A DNA stretch of 63,703 nt, filler included, from Octopus bimaculoides (Eukaryota): assembly GCF_001194135.2 (NCBI RefSeq). It is 5 parts of 4 records of this genome, joined end to end, with 100 filler letters (N's around TTAATTAATTAA, not from the genome) between each part and the next. Parts side by side here need not be neighbours in the genome. Positions count along the whole stretch, not along the records: positions 25,336 to 56,498 come from NC_068987.1; 4 more parts are not named here. One strand, 5' to 3'. The first letter of the stretch is position 1. Each line of letters starts with the position of its first letter. Under the pieces are notes generated by a model. It was given only the letters and a program-made list of their open reading frames with translations, was not told the DNA's origin and did not search any database. Position numbers and translations under genes: made by a program. Positions 37,111-51,585 of the stretch are shown here, piece after piece.

Positions 37111-38664
37111 ATGTATGTATGTATATCTGTATAATGCACAGTTCCGTTAGAGAAAATTCAATAAATACAGTACTCCATCTGGTTAGAGATGAATATTATT
37201 TAAAGGACACAGAGACCAAAATGCAAAAAGCAAAAAGTGAAACAGGGTAAAAGAGTTATATTCCTTAGACCGTACATTATAAGGCTAGAAAGATATCAAC
37301 ATGTTAATCAGGCCTAGGCGAAATTTTCCAATTCTTCAAAATATATTTATACTAGTGATAGATGAATGGATACACATAGATATGTATGAAAAAGAAAAGA
37401 ATATCAGATGTAAACTGAGAGAATAACACGTCAAGGGAAAAATGTTGGAAATAAAGTCGTAGTAAGGGGCAGCATATGTAGAGTGTTATAACGAAGACAG
37501 AACCTTTTTTTTTAATAATAAGAAAAGAAAAACAATAAATTTTAAAAAATCACTTGTCGCACGTTAAAAGGGGGTCTTAAGCTGGTTATTATTAAAATGC
37601 AGTGGTAAAATCGGGAGATGAAATACGCAGCGAAGAAAAGGCTAGAAAAGGTGCAGAAGAAGTAACATCGGGAAAAACCGAATGTCTGTTTCTGTGAACT
37701 GCAGTAGTGCGGCTGCAATCACATGTTTACATATTACTGTGTGTCTCTATGTGTATACATAAAACACCCAGAAGCATATATCTATATGTGTTTCCCCCTG
37801 TGTATTTAGATGATGAAGTATCTCAGTGTCTGTTTTTGCATATTTCCATGATCACATGTCCATGTTTGTCTCTGTATGTGTATTTATATGGCTAAATATC
37901 TTTGTATGTTTCTGTATTGCTGTGTATATGAACATTGTCATTTCTTTATGTGTGTCTGTCTCGTTGTGTGCCTAGAATTTTACATACACACATACATACA
38001 TGCATACATACATACATACATATATATACACACACACACACATACACATTCTTCGAAACGCCGGAGTTTTAATGGTGGCAACTGATGAAGGGGATGTTTC
38101 TATGTGGCCTGCTTGTTAGCTGCACCTTGTTTACCATTTTGTCCTTGTTCTTTTGCCACGTCATGTACCCAGTTATGTATCTATATATGTACATGTAGAT
38201 GAACGTATATACATACATGTACATATATATGCCTATNNNNNNNNNNNNNNNNNNNNNNNNNNNNNNNNNNNNNNNNNNNNNNNNNNNNNNNNNNNNNNNN
38301 NNNNNNNNNNNNNNNNNNNNNNNNNNNNNNNNNNNNNNNNNNNNNNNNNNNNNNNNNNNNNNNNNNNNNNNNNNNNNNNNNNNNNNNNNNNNNNNNNNNN
38401 NNNNNNNNNNNNNNNNNNNNNNNNNNNNNNNNNNNNNNNNNNNNNNNNNNNNNNNNNNNNNNNNNNNNNNNNNNNNNNNNNNNNNNNNNNNNNNNNNNNN
38501 NNNNNNNNNNNNNNNNNNNNNNNNNNNNNNNNNNNNNNNNTATTTATATATCAACATTTATCAGAACCATTATTATATACGGTCGAGTTTATAGAATAAG
38601 TTAATCCATACAAGCTCTGACCACTTATCTCTCCCCATTCTCTCTTTGATTTTCTCCCTGTGCG

Positions 38665-38700
<36 letters not shown>

Positions 38701-40073
38701 CCTCTCCCTCTCTCTCTCTCTCTCTATCTATCTATCTATTTATCTATCTATCTATCTCCCTCTCTAATTATTGTACACCATTCATCTTCTTCCATTATTT
38801 TCTCCAATACCACTTCATCTTCCTTTCTTATTATTTTAGACAGTCTGTCAACACTGGAATCGATAATCAATAAACGATTGAACTTATCTCCTGATTGTTG
38901 AAAGTCCTTATCGCACGACATTCTGCCGTTGTTGTTGGTGCTTTTGTTGTTGCTTGTTATTCTCTTAATTACGTTTGCAGTTGCTATTGTTGATCGTATT
39001 GTTGATGGTCCTCCAACGAACGTAGAAGATGTTATTGTTGTTGTAGTGTTCCTATTGTTATTGGTTGCGGTGGTCTTTATTGTTATCCTTCACTAAATTG
39101 TTATTCTTACAGATCGTATTAACCCAATATTCTTCGCACACACAATCATCAAGTACAACACATACACCACATATATTCACACATGAACTTACATAACATA
39201 CTAGTATATTATGATACACACACAGCGCAAACGCAAATGCATACGTACATAAACATTCACAATAAACCACCTAGAAACACATACACTACATCAACTATAC
39301 GAGTTTGATCACACGCAAGACACACACAAAGATTAAACAGACAAAACAGCGCAAACGCAGATCATACCAACACATGGACACGTAAAAGAACTCACAAATA
39401 CACGCACGCACACACACATAAATACATACACATGTACTTATCAGCCTGTATTCCCAAATATATTCCCAAACACGCGTACAATCAAGCTAATGTAGATTAA
39501 CATCATAGTGCTACATTAAATGCGCACCAACACATCCATAACAATAGGCGCATGCGTACACGTATGCGGGAAGTCACATACACTCACATCAGCATCAAAA
39601 TGGATTCAACCACATATATTAGTGAAGACAAAACCCACGCAATCGCACGTATGCATACACAGTCTAACATATCAATATATAATAATAAACACCTAGCGCA
39701 TGCACAACTACATAGGCAGGATTAAACTCATATGAACACACTCACACATAACGTGCTTAGATTTACACATACACTTTAACAAGTACCCTGAGATACATAC
39801 ACGAAGTAGAGAAGAAGTACACACGGTAATCCAGTGATTGTTGTATGACAGCGCAATCAAATGCATCCACATAACATTTCCACTGCCTTGTCCCTTAAAA
39901 TCTACTTCCTCATTTCATATCTGTCATTTCGTATAAAACTCCATTTCATCCACACGCATATACACGTGAGAATACATGCCATACCCGCCCACACACACAT
40001 ATATACATATACATACATGCAAATGTGTGTGAGTGTGTGTGTGTTTATGTGTGCGTAGTCGTATGTATATATG

Positions 40074-40112
<39 letters not shown>

Positions 40113-40319
40113 ATCTATGTACGTTTGTATGTATGTATGTTTGTATGTATACACACACACGTACATAGCTTCACATACTCACAATCTCTTACATTTAAGC
40201 TCCGTTCCAATATGTAACCGCCAAACGCATACGCACAAACCCACACAGATTGAGAGCTGCTGTAAGCACATATGAGCATTCGCACCCGCACACATACACA
40301 AAGACGTATATACAGAGAG

Positions 40320-40350
<31 letters not shown>

Positions 40351-40595
40351 TGGAGAAAGAGAGGAGAGAGAGAGAGAATGAGAGAGAGAGAGAATGAGAG
40401 AGAGAGAGAGTTAGAGAGTGTGCGTGTGTGTGAGGAAGAGATAGAAAGAAAGAAGACTGGGAAAAGAAACACAGGCATGCAAGCATCAAAACTTTACGAT
40501 AAACAAAACCACATATATGAGGGGAAAAATAAACCCAACCACACTAAAAGTTAACTTAAACATGCATACGCACACATACATGATCACCCAAACAC

Positions 40596-40627
<32 letters not shown>

Positions 40628-41369
40628 TCATTCTCTCTCTGTCTCTGACATACACACACATAAATACTAGAAACAATACTCCTAGTTATAATATGTAGTA
40701 TCTGACACAAAGCAGTGTGAACATTACGCATGCGTATATGATATGCACAAGATATTTCTGTTAATTATGGTTGACATCAGGTGGGTGAGAAGGGTAAGTA
40801 AGGCCTGGTCAGTAGGTTAGCTGTAAATAAGAAATCAGAATAAAGCAGGAGAGTTTATCTAAGTGTATACATGACAACATTATAAACTCCGAAATCTTAC
40901 GTTACAGCAAACGCTAATGAATATTATTACGTTATGTGATAATCGTTTACGTAAATGATTGCATAATAGGATTGAAACGCCGGATGTTAAATTGTAATTC
41001 AATTCAGTACTACATACAAACATAATTTGGTTGACAGTACGAAGACACGATAGCATGTAAACTAAAGAGGAAATTTATTTATTGCAATTTTGGAAGTGAA
41101 GGCAATTCAACTAGACTAGATAGTAATATATTTCACCTTAAATCTTCGAACACTAAACATGAACTATTATTGGTCATCGTAGCATCACTGTGATCAAGAA
41201 AATATGTGATTGCGTCCAATTTAAGCTCTGCATGTTTTAATAGGAAACACGAATTAGTTACCCGACGTATACTGCAAACAGGGGAGCGAACCCCTACCAT
41301 CTTTTAGTTAAAGAAACATCTTGAAAACATCGATAAAAATACCCTTGTCTACATAAAGAAATAAACAAT

Positions 41370-42710
41370 CTTCTTGAGGTGCCATGTCCAGAATGTAGGA
41401 CATAGGCAATCATGTCCTATCACGATTCTCTGTTCTTTGTTTACTGCAACAGTTACACTTCTAGATGTTTAATGCTTCTTTCTTCCAACCAGTTCGTGAA
41501 ACTTGTCATCCATATCATCTTTCTTTCTCTGCTCCTTTTCTCTTCACTCTTTCCGGTCATCGCCAAATTCTCCAGACCCTCTTTCCTCATTACATGAGCA
41601 AGAATTCTCAGTTACTTGGCCCTTATCTCACAAAGAAGTTTCTTATTTAGCGCAGGCCGGATCATCACCTCTTCATTAGACACTTTTTCCGTCCCAGATA
41701 ACCTCAATATGCTCCTTACGAACCAGATTTCACAGCTCTCCAAGCACCTTCTCATTCCTGATATAATAGACCATGCCTCACGTCCATGCATTAACATAGG
41801 GTAGACATAACAGTTCAATATACAGATCTTGGTATTGATGCTCAGAGTACCGTTATTAAAGATGATATATAATTTCGAGAATGTAGATTTTCCTGCACTA
41901 TTCGTCTTTTGACTTCTTTCAAATGTCTTGCATTAAGGTAGTTGAAGGATGATACCAGCTTAATGATTTGATTGCTCACTTTCAGCATGGACTTTGGGCT
42001 TCCTTTCTTTGTCACCACCATAGCCACTGTCTCCTTGCAATTTATGAAAAGAAACTTCCTCACACTTTCTCTGATTACTACATCCAGAATTCTGTGACGT
42101 TCCTTGTCGTATTCTGCAAGTAAAAATGTGCCATCTGCAAATCTTATGTTTGTGATGTCTCTGTCACCTCCCCCCAACACCTTTTTCTTCCCCAGTCCTC
42201 TTATGATCAATTCGCGAGAGTAATTAAAGAGATCAGGTGACATAACTCATTCTTGTCTAATCTCTCTCCTGATGCTAATGCATTCACTGCATTCTCCATC
42301 CACCTTTATGCATTTGATTAGTTCCAATACAGGCTCTGCAAGTTTCGGAGGCATTTCCCATGCAGATCAAATTCGTCGAATGACATGTCATGTCTTACTG
42401 TGTCGAAGGCGTTTGTAGAATCTATGAAACACATGAAGACGTCTTTTGGGATCTCCACTACCCGCTCCGTTATCATTCTCAATACAAAAATGGCATTTCT
42501 AATACCAGAATTCTTTACAAATTCAACCTGTTCAATTCCAATCCCAGGTATTATTCTGCTTCTTTCTCGAAGAAGTAAAATTCTCAGGATATTCTTGATA
42601 GCGTGAATCATGAGACTGGTCGCACGATGTTTTTCACACTCCACCAGACCGGATTACTTCGAGAGCACAATAAAAACAGATTCACTCAGCTCTTCTGGAA
42701 ACTTCTTGTT
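41370..42710 (-). mobile_element. RTE-clade LINE, 5'-truncated and decayed
   Basis: ECEKHRATSLMIHAIK, GIRNAIFVLRMITER, FMCFIDSTNAFDTVRH, SPDLFNY, ITNIRFADG, YPMLMHGREAW, and the RTE-style end MIAYVLHSGHGT. Confidence 0.9.
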
Positions 42711-42757
42711 ATTATTGTTGTTGTTGTTGTTGTTGTTGTTATTATTATTATTATTAC

Positions 42758-42817
<60 letters not shown>

Positions 42818-43359
42818 GGCCGCCATACTGTGAAGTCACAGAAATTTGATGGTCGGTAGGATGAAAAAGAGTTTGTAATGTTTTCGGCCTTCTCAGGCCC
42901 CGTCTTTTCATTTTTATTGTTACCATTACATTTTTGAGATTGCCTGGACTGCGCAGATGGTATTTGTGTGTCGAAATACTCCCTGCTTTGCAGGAAAACG
43001 CTTCAATAACCTTTGAATTTTAACTGCTTTCTGCAGAAGCAAATATTTTGCAATTTTCTGTATTCATTTAAAGATGGCTGATAAAGAAGCGATCATAATA
43101 TTCAACAAAGGAACGCGCTTCTTGTCGAAAAAATTGAGAACGAGTAAGGAGCTAAGTATATGAATATCGGATTGCCTAAATTCGATATGACGTCACCGAG
43201 GCGAAAAATATTTTAACTCTAAGCAATGTCAAAACTTTCGGTGTCGACAACGAGAACAACAACACTAACAGCAGCAGTAGTGACAGCAGCAGCAGTGACA
43301 GCAGCAGCAGCAACAACAACAACAACAAGACAACAACAACGAAACATAAAAAAGCAAAT

Positions 43360-46300
43360 ATTAACTCAACGTCTTTTGTGTCTGCGGAGGGAAATATGCA
43401 AAGTTTCCACACAGATGTAGAAAAATTAAAACTGGCAAGAAAATCTGAAAAAAGAGATGGGAAAGAGTAGCTCTAAACCCTCCATCCGGCGTGATAGAAA
43501 ATATTGCAAGATGCACGGTCATATACCGTTGCATCGGAGTCAAGTTTCACCGGGTGGAAAATGCTCCTGAGCGTGAAGTACAAAAATGCCTTCGGCGCGG
43601 GTGGGAACAAAAAACCACATCACCCGAGGGAAGAAGTTTACAACAATTGAGGTGAAATTTGGGACGGAAGAAGAAGCTAGATGGGATTCCGCATCCACTT
43701 TGAGGAATGACAACTTTTTCTTAACCCTCAGCTTTCGCGGCCAATGCCTTGCCAAGATTAGGGTGCTGATGTGCCGCCAGATATATCCATTATCTGGTTA
43801 GTGGCGGCCGTCATGATAGATGTCCAAGAAGATGACGTCATAATACTGGAGGTGAAAAAACTACCTAAGCAAAATTGGTATAGGTATGTAATTGACTTTG
43901 CAATCGACCAGCTGTCCGGTTGGTGGACCTGGACGTGAATGGCAGCAAAGGTAGCGCTTTTAGACAGGTGTCGGTCTATGCCCCAACAGGGACTTCAGGC
44001 GTCTAGAAACACTCTTGGGAAAGTCTCGCAGTTTAGTGATAATTGTAGATTGGAATAATATTTTGGGCGCATGGAAAGACTTTGTGGGTTTAAAACATAT
44101 AAGAAAGGGGTATAAAATCCTCGAAAACCTGCCCAGGACTTTCCAGCTTTCTGAAAGGTACCGACTGGATTTCCCTGATGTAGCAGTGTGGACATGGAGC
44201 AACCTCAGCGAGTCATCCAAAATCGTACTTAGAGTATTTGTTAGGTTGGATGATAGAGACAGCATAGGTTGTCCACAATCTAAATTGATCGGCTACACAG
44301 ATCACAATTTTTTTATATGCTCAGTCGATTTAGATAGGACCTGTAGACAGGGACCCGGTTACTGCAAGTTGAATGCGTCCTTACCTGCTCGCAAAGACTA
44401 CAGGGACCGGATTAGCAAACTAATTAAGCGGCAGTTGGAAGCGATTGTGAGCGAGCAAAGAGAATGCGGACGCCTCGGCGGCGGACGGCCGCAGCCGAAC
44501 CGCCGGTGCGATGGAAAGGCCTACGTATCGGCTGCCTTACGAGCCACGCGGCCGGTAGCGTACCCGTAAGTTGGCGATCGAAAGCGCTGTCGACCGGGAG
44601 TGTGTGTGTCTGTGTGTGTGTGTTACACGGCGGCCAAGGCGGACGAGAAAGAAGAAGAAGAGGAAGAAGCAGCAGCAAGCGGCAGCGAGAGGGAAGCGAT
44701 TGGCAGCGAGTAAAGACATGTCGGTGGGAGTGTGAGTGGGCACCTGGTGAGGCAGATCGATGTCGTCGCCAGCGTCGTCAGACGCTGGACTGATGGACCA
44801 ATTAAACTGTTCAGGTCTGGCTTGGTCTCGACGTCGAGGTGGATAAGAATTGGGAAGTGGTGACGAACAGGGTGCTGCTTCGGCTTCTTCATCTTCTTCT
44901 TCTTCTTCTTCCACAATAAGTGTGCTGCTAGCCGGGACAATGGAGAGGTGCTAGTGAATTTTAGGCCTATAAACAATGTCTAAGATTTTGGCCAAGGTGT
45001 TAGCGAAAAGGTTGGCACTTGTCGTTGGTGGTCTGGTCGGAGAGGCACAATCATGTGCAATCCCGAGCAGGTCTATCCACAACAACCTCCACCTTATGTG
45101 ATACATCGTAGAGAGGGCTGGGACTAAAGATGGCTTCGGTGGGACTCTGATCAATTAAATCCAGTCGAAAGCTTTCGATCGCTACTTGTAAGCCGTCCTT
45201 AAATCGGCCAGTTTCGGACCCGTTTTCAGAAGCTGGGTTCCTGCAATGCTCAACGGCACCTGCTCGGTGGTCAAAGTAAATGACCACCTATCGGAACCGT
45301 TTAATATCGCGCGTTCAGTCCGTCAGGGTGCCCGCTCTCACCTCTTTTGTGTGTGCTGGTTCTCGAGCTGCGAAAGTTGGAACAGTTAAGAGGCCTCCCT
45401 TTCGAAATTTAATTCGGGAGGGCAGTGTCTGCATACGCGGACGACGTCACCGTCATGGTGTAGGATGCCTCCAAAGCGGAGGCGATCGGCTCCATTGTAA
45501 AGTAATGAGTCGTTTGCAGAGGCTAAAATCAATACCGACATGTCGGTGGGAGTGTGAGTGGGCACCTGGTGAGGCAGATCGATGTCGTCGCCAGCGTCGT
45601 CAGACGCTGGACTGATGGACCAATTAAACTGTTCAGGTCTGGCTTGGTTTCGACGTCGAGGTGGATAAGAATTGGGAAGTGGTGACGAACAGGGTGACCT
45701 CTCTTACCTAGAAATGGGCAGAGAGGAAGCTGTCCCTGAAAGGTCGGGTCGAGGTGGCGAATGCCTACATCGCCTCTGTCATTATTTATCATCTGACTGT
45801 CATGCCTTGGCCCAGTTACTGCTTGATTAAACTGGAGAGCATCCTGTTTATTTCCTTGTGGAAGGGACACGTTCCAATGGTCAGGCGGTCGGTCTACTGT
45901 CAATTTACTTTGCGTGGCGGCTTAGGCATGCCATGGCTTTTAGTGCGCAGACACGCACTCAGGTTTCGCCACCTGCAGCGATTTCTAGAAGGTGAACATG
46001 TGTGGTCTCTGCATGCGAGACACGCCTTTCCGCAGCTCGTTTCCTTGACGGAGTTGCCGTCCTCAGTAAAGGATAGGCCACGACTGAGTGCCTGACACTT
46101 AGAATGTCGTCAGGCGCTCACTGTCCTCTACAATTCGGGCAATAGGATCGGTGGATATTCCACTTTAGATATTTACAGAAGATTAGTAACGGAAAAGTGC
46201 GATGACGTCCTCGGGGAGAACCTAGGCGTCGACGAAGACGAACTGGCAAGTATATTCCAGAAGACTGTTATGGATAATTTCCAGATGTCTTTGCTTGGCA

Positions 46301-46975
46301 GTGCAACTGGGGCGAGATAAACTCTGCAAGCTCGGATGTGCTGTCAGACGTGCTTGGCCGAGGTGCTCACAGAGCGACACAACTGTTCTGCATGTACTCG
46401 TTTAGTGTCTGGGCATTGCTGACTTGTGGAATTCTGTCGAAGAGTTGCTGTCGTGTGCAGGACAAATCCGTCTGTTAGCTGAGTCCATGATGATGATTGC
46501 TCCGCCGCCCTCCTTTAATCGGACTGGCAGAGCAGGTTTCTTTTGTCTGGTGGTTGTGGCGAAACAGGACAGAATCATTCCTCTTTGGTAAATCCTTCAT
46601 CGAGTTTTTCAAGTTTCACTTGAAAGGGAAAGTAAGGATGGAGAGGGAAGTGATGTGATCGCGTGAATTTATGAAAGTTGCAAAAATGGCAAGAGTGAAT
46701 GGTATTACTCTCAGTGTAAACTTTTGAGTCGGAAGAAAGAAGTTGGTATCGTCCATGGTATCCAGAGTGATCTTGGATGGTGGGGTTCCTTGATAATCCC
46801 TAGAGATCCTCCTGTATCAGGAGTACCCCATCACTATAACTATTTCCCCTGTTTTTCCAGTGTCGCATACTATGTATATGTCCCTTCTAATTTATGCCAT
46901 TACATGTAAACCCACACACTTTACGTCTGTCTTTATATTGTCCCCCTCATCCTTCGCCCTGGTGGCAAATAAAAT
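43360..46975 (+). mobile_element. L1/Tx1-clade LINE with ORF1 remnant, APE endonuclease, RT and zinc knuckle; internally deleted and rearranged
   Basis: ORF1-like segment ~43500-43890. APE motifs VYAP, VIIVDWN, WTW, GYTDH, GPGYCKLNASL. RT motifs NFRPI, KILAKVLAKRL, KAFD, SVRQG, YADDVT, GGLGMP. A C-x2-C..H..C-like remnant near 46350-46410. Ends at aataaaa plus (CAT)n. The 5' end is approximate. Confidence 0.88.
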
Positions 46976-46980
46976 AGATC

Positions 46981-47036
<56 letters not shown>

Positions 47037-48182
47037 TTAAGACAGTTGGCTGGCAGCATCTTTAGCATGCAGTAAAAATGCTTAGCAGCATTTCGTTAGT
47101 CTTCACGTTCTGGGTTCTAATTTTGCCAAGATCTACTAGTTGTCATCTTTTCGGGGCCAATAGAATATCTACCAGTTATGTATTGGAGTCGATGGTTTTG
47201 ACTACGCTAGCCCCCCACCAAATTTTAGGCCTTATGTCTATAATAGAAACGATTTTTGCATATAAATTTATCTAAGTATCTACAGCGATATATAATTGAG
47301 GAGATACATCACTTTCTAATAACTAAATCAGTAACCTAATCTTAACTTTATTTAAATCTGAATAGATGATCGTCTCAGAAATTGCAGCAGAATGTTTTAT
47401 TTGAAGTTGTGTGCGTCTGTGTATGATTTTCATGTATGTAGAAATTGATGTGAATATGTATAGATGTGTATACATATTTGAGCATACTCAGCTTTTCTTG
47501 TGTATGCATATGTTGATAAGAATGTGTTTATACGTGTATGTATGTATACGCACACACATATATATCTATATACGTACATGTGTGTTTGTGTGTGCGTGAG
47601 TGCAGATATAAAAAGCTATATTTACTTATACTTGTGTTAGTGCATCTTTGTGTGTGAACGTGTCTGTACGGTTGCTTTTCGCTAACTAACAAAGTCTCAG
47701 CTCCTACCATAATTGCCTACTAAACTATTTATCATGGTTAACTAAGAAATTTCTTTCAAATATGACAGCTTAGATAGTTGACCTTCTTTTCCTCTTTAGA
47801 CATGGAGTCTACATTATTCTTAGCCTTCTCATGTTCTGTTTATTTCACTGATAATATTAAAATACTAGCTCGCTACTTTGTTAATTGCTATAAAAAGAAT
47901 TTTCTCTTTACTTGATATACAGCTCTGTCTTCGCACTGTGAACCAACTTATGTTGGGATGTAGTGCTGAATTGAATTACAATATTCCTCTGAAGATCAAC
48001 GTTTCAACCTTATTATGCAATAGTTTACGTAAACATCATGCCACAACGTACGAGTATTCGGTTGTGAAAAACGTGTAAGATTACATAATTCATGACGATA
48101 ATAATATTGAAACAAACTTATACATATACATACATGTTAATATGGACCTGAAGAAGAACATCTGTTGTAATATTGTTCAAAC

Positions 48183-48535
48183 CGTTAGCCCACTGGGAGA
48201 TATGCTTAACGGTATTTCACTCGTCTGAGTTCAAATTCCACCGAGGTCGTGTTTGCTTTTCATCCTTTCGGAGTCGATAAATTAAGTACCAGTGAAACAC
48301 TGCGGTCGGTGTAATCGACTAGTCTTTTCCCCACTAATTTGAGGCCTTGTGCCTCCATTGGAAAGTATTATTATTATCATTGCTAGAGCGGTGAGCTGGA
48401 CAAAATGTTTTGAGATATTCTATCCGTTTCTATGCTCTGAATTCAAATTTCATTGAGGTCGAATTTTCCTTTCGCCCTTCATAGTCGATAAAGCAAGTAC
48501 CAGTTGAGAGCTGGGATCGCTGTAATCGACTAACT
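48183..48535 (+). mobile_element. Two tandem SINE family A copies
   Basis: 48183-48365 and 48385-48535. Confidence 0.75.
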
Positions 48536-48783
48536 CTTGATTATTATTATTTTTATTTTGTGATGATAGGAAACCCAAAATGCCTTGCAGCGTTTATTTA
48601 TGTTCGAATAAGCTGTGATTTCAAGTCTGAAGACATCGCTAACATTCATCGGTTTGACATCGATCGAATGGACACCAGTAATATACTCGGAACAGATTTC
48701 TCTATAACTGACGAAAACCTCCTCCCTCACATCTGCCACCTTCTTACATAAGAAACCAGCAGTAGTAATAAAACACTAAATTG

Positions 48784-48860
<77 letters not shown>

Positions 48861-50030
48861 GTTTTCGCAAAATGTCTGCCTCTAAAATATGTTAACTTGT
48901 GGTAATGGAAGGAAGTATCTGTGGCTCGACGATTTGGAGGTGGTGGTCGCGGCAGTGTTGGTGGCTGTAGTAATGGGGATCATGTTGCTGCTGTCGCTGA
49001 TGTTGCTGATGGTTGTGTCACTGTCACAGTTGGTGGTTGTGTGTTCTAGCTCTTGTTGGTGGTGCTTTTGTGGATGGTGCTCCTGCACTAGTATTGGTGT
49101 TGGCGGTGTTGTTGACGAACTTGGTATAGCTGATACCAGTGTATGTTGGAAGTATTAATGGTTATGATGGTGGTGGTAGTATTTGTGGTTGATAGTGATG
49201 ATGTCTGCGTATTAATGTTGGTGGTAGGGATGATGTTGGTGTTGCATTGAGGGTGTTGTTGTTGGTGCTGTCTTTTGAGAGAACGCTACTGGTCGTGTTT
49301 GCAGTGCTGATGTACTAGTGATGGTGATGTTGGTAACGATGTAGATGACTGTAAAATGATGGTGCTGGTGGTGGCAGTGACAGTGTTTTTATTGTTGTTA
49401 TTGATGTTCTGAGTATTAAAGTTGTTCTTGTTATTGTTGCTGCTGCTGTGGCCATTGTTCTTTAAGCGCAGTTACTTCGTTAGATGTTATCAACATGAAG
49501 TGGTAAAAACAACTTCTCCCCCACTGCCCTCACCGTACTTCTTCTTCATCTTTTCTTGTAAGTAGGATGTTCGACCAATCAGTGAGTTCGGTCGTAAGCA
49601 ACAGGAAATTGGGAGCTTCGATTCTCCATCTACAACAACAACAGCAGCAACATCGACAACAATAAGAACAACAACAATGCCATCAAAATAACTTCGTCGA
49701 AATTAATACATGTTGGGCAATAATAGCAGGAGACAAAAAAAACATCATCATCTTCGTCATCAAATTCTTCGCATGCTTCATCATCACTTTCATTATCATC
49801 AAATCATCATCACCGTTCATTATTATCTTTGTCATTTTCATTAATCATTACTACTGCGTCGCTGTCATCACCACCACCACCACCACCACCGCCGCCGCCA
49901 TCGTCGTCGTCATCAGTAGTATTAGCAACAGCAGCAGCAACAGCCTTATTCACCATCAAGATAGAATTTAGATTAATAGGAAAGAGTAAAGAGAAAGAAA
50001 AAGAAGCGCAAGTAGTAGTAGTAGTAGAAA

Positions 50031-50089
<59 letters not shown>

Positions 50090-50725
50090 GTAGTAGTAGT
50101 AGTGTTTAGTACTCTTCTCACNNNNNNNNNNNNNNNNNNNNNNNNNNNNNNNNNNNNNNNNNNNNNNNNNNNNNNNNNNNNNNNNNNNNNNNNNNNNNNN
50201 NNNNNNNNNNNNNNNNNNNNNNNNNNNNNNNNNNNNNNNNNNNNNNNNNNNNNNNNNNNNNNNNNNNNNNNNNNNNNNNNNNNNNNNNNNNNNNNNNNNN
50301 NNNNNNNNNNNNNNNNNNNNNNNNNNNNNNNNNNNNNNNNNNNNNNNNNNNNNNNNNNNNNNNNNNNNNNNNNNNNNNNNNNNNNNNNNNNNNNNNNNNN
50401 NNNNNNNNNNNNNNNNNNNNNNNNNNNNNNNNNNNNNNNNNNNNNNNNNNNNNNNNNNNNNNNNNNNNNNNNNNNNNNNNNNNNNNNNNNNNNNNNNNNN
50501 NNNNNNNNNNNNNNNNNNNNNNNNNNNNNNNNNNNNNNNNNNNNNNNNNNNNNNNNNNATAAAAGAGTAAAAAAATAGACTTAAATCAGAAATCGAATTC
50601 TGCATCCTTTAGCTGCTCTCCCGCTGAGAAGAATCAAAGACTTCAGCACAACAACAACAGCATCACCATTAACAGCAGCAGCAGCAGTGACAACGACGAC
50701 GACGACGAGGACGACAATGACGATT

Positions 50726-50782
<57 letters not shown>

Positions 50783-51432
50783 TCGTCCTCTTTCTTTTGT
50801 TCTAATTCGCGTCAAAATTTTCGAAATGCTAATCGCCTTCCATCCTGTACTGAGGCCCTCTGTCCCTCAGTTCTTCTCCGTGACATATCAATTATCGTTG
50901 GTGGAATTTGGGGCACACAATGTCTTTGATTCTCTCACAATATTTTTCTCAGAAACGTTAACCTTGTAGGTGTTTATAAACATTATCAACCGCTTCCGTT
51001 TCAGTAATGTTACTAAGAGTGTGATTGTCTTGGAAACACAGCCTACTTGTTTACTATATGATAAAGAAAATCGTGTCGGTGCAGCTGAACAATACTAAAT
51101 TTCAATACACGGAAAGGAGAATCACTTTGGAGCGTTGATATGTTGATCAGAGATAGAACTACACAATAACAGTAACCTTTCCTCACAATCTAAATTTGCA
51201 ATCAAGAAAGCTCATATACCAAACTGCATGAATAATGGGTACATGAGGAATGTCAAGTATGTTTAAATAGAGCAGTGTTTGAGTCAACAAGAAGAAGGTC
51301 AATAATTTTTAGGAGTTTAGTTTTAGTTGACGTAAACATACATAGTTTCAAACTTCTGTATTTCTCAAAGATAACCTCACAGAATCGTGATTTCTTATAA
51401 AAACACTTAAACATATCAATATGCTTGTGGAG

Positions 51433-51585
51433 AAAGGCGGTGAGCTGGCTGAAGCGTTAGCACTCCGGGCGAAATGCTTAGCGGTATTTTGTCTGTCTTT
51501 ACGTTCTGAGTTCAAATTCCGCCGAGGTCGACTTTGCCTTTCATTCGCCCTCAAATTTCGGGCCTTGTGCCTAGAGTAGAAAAGA
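51433..51585 (+). mobile_element. SINE family A with the central core deleted
   Basis: Near-consensus head joined directly to the ccctcaaatttcgggccttgtgcctagagtagaaaag tail. Confidence 0.8.

Noticed and set aside
48143-48192. Hammerhead-like CTGAAGA-A-GAACA...TGTTC-AAACC
   Set aside because: G12 is missing, and the apparent stem III and stem I 3' strands coincide with the head of the adjacent SINE A. At best a truncated relic.
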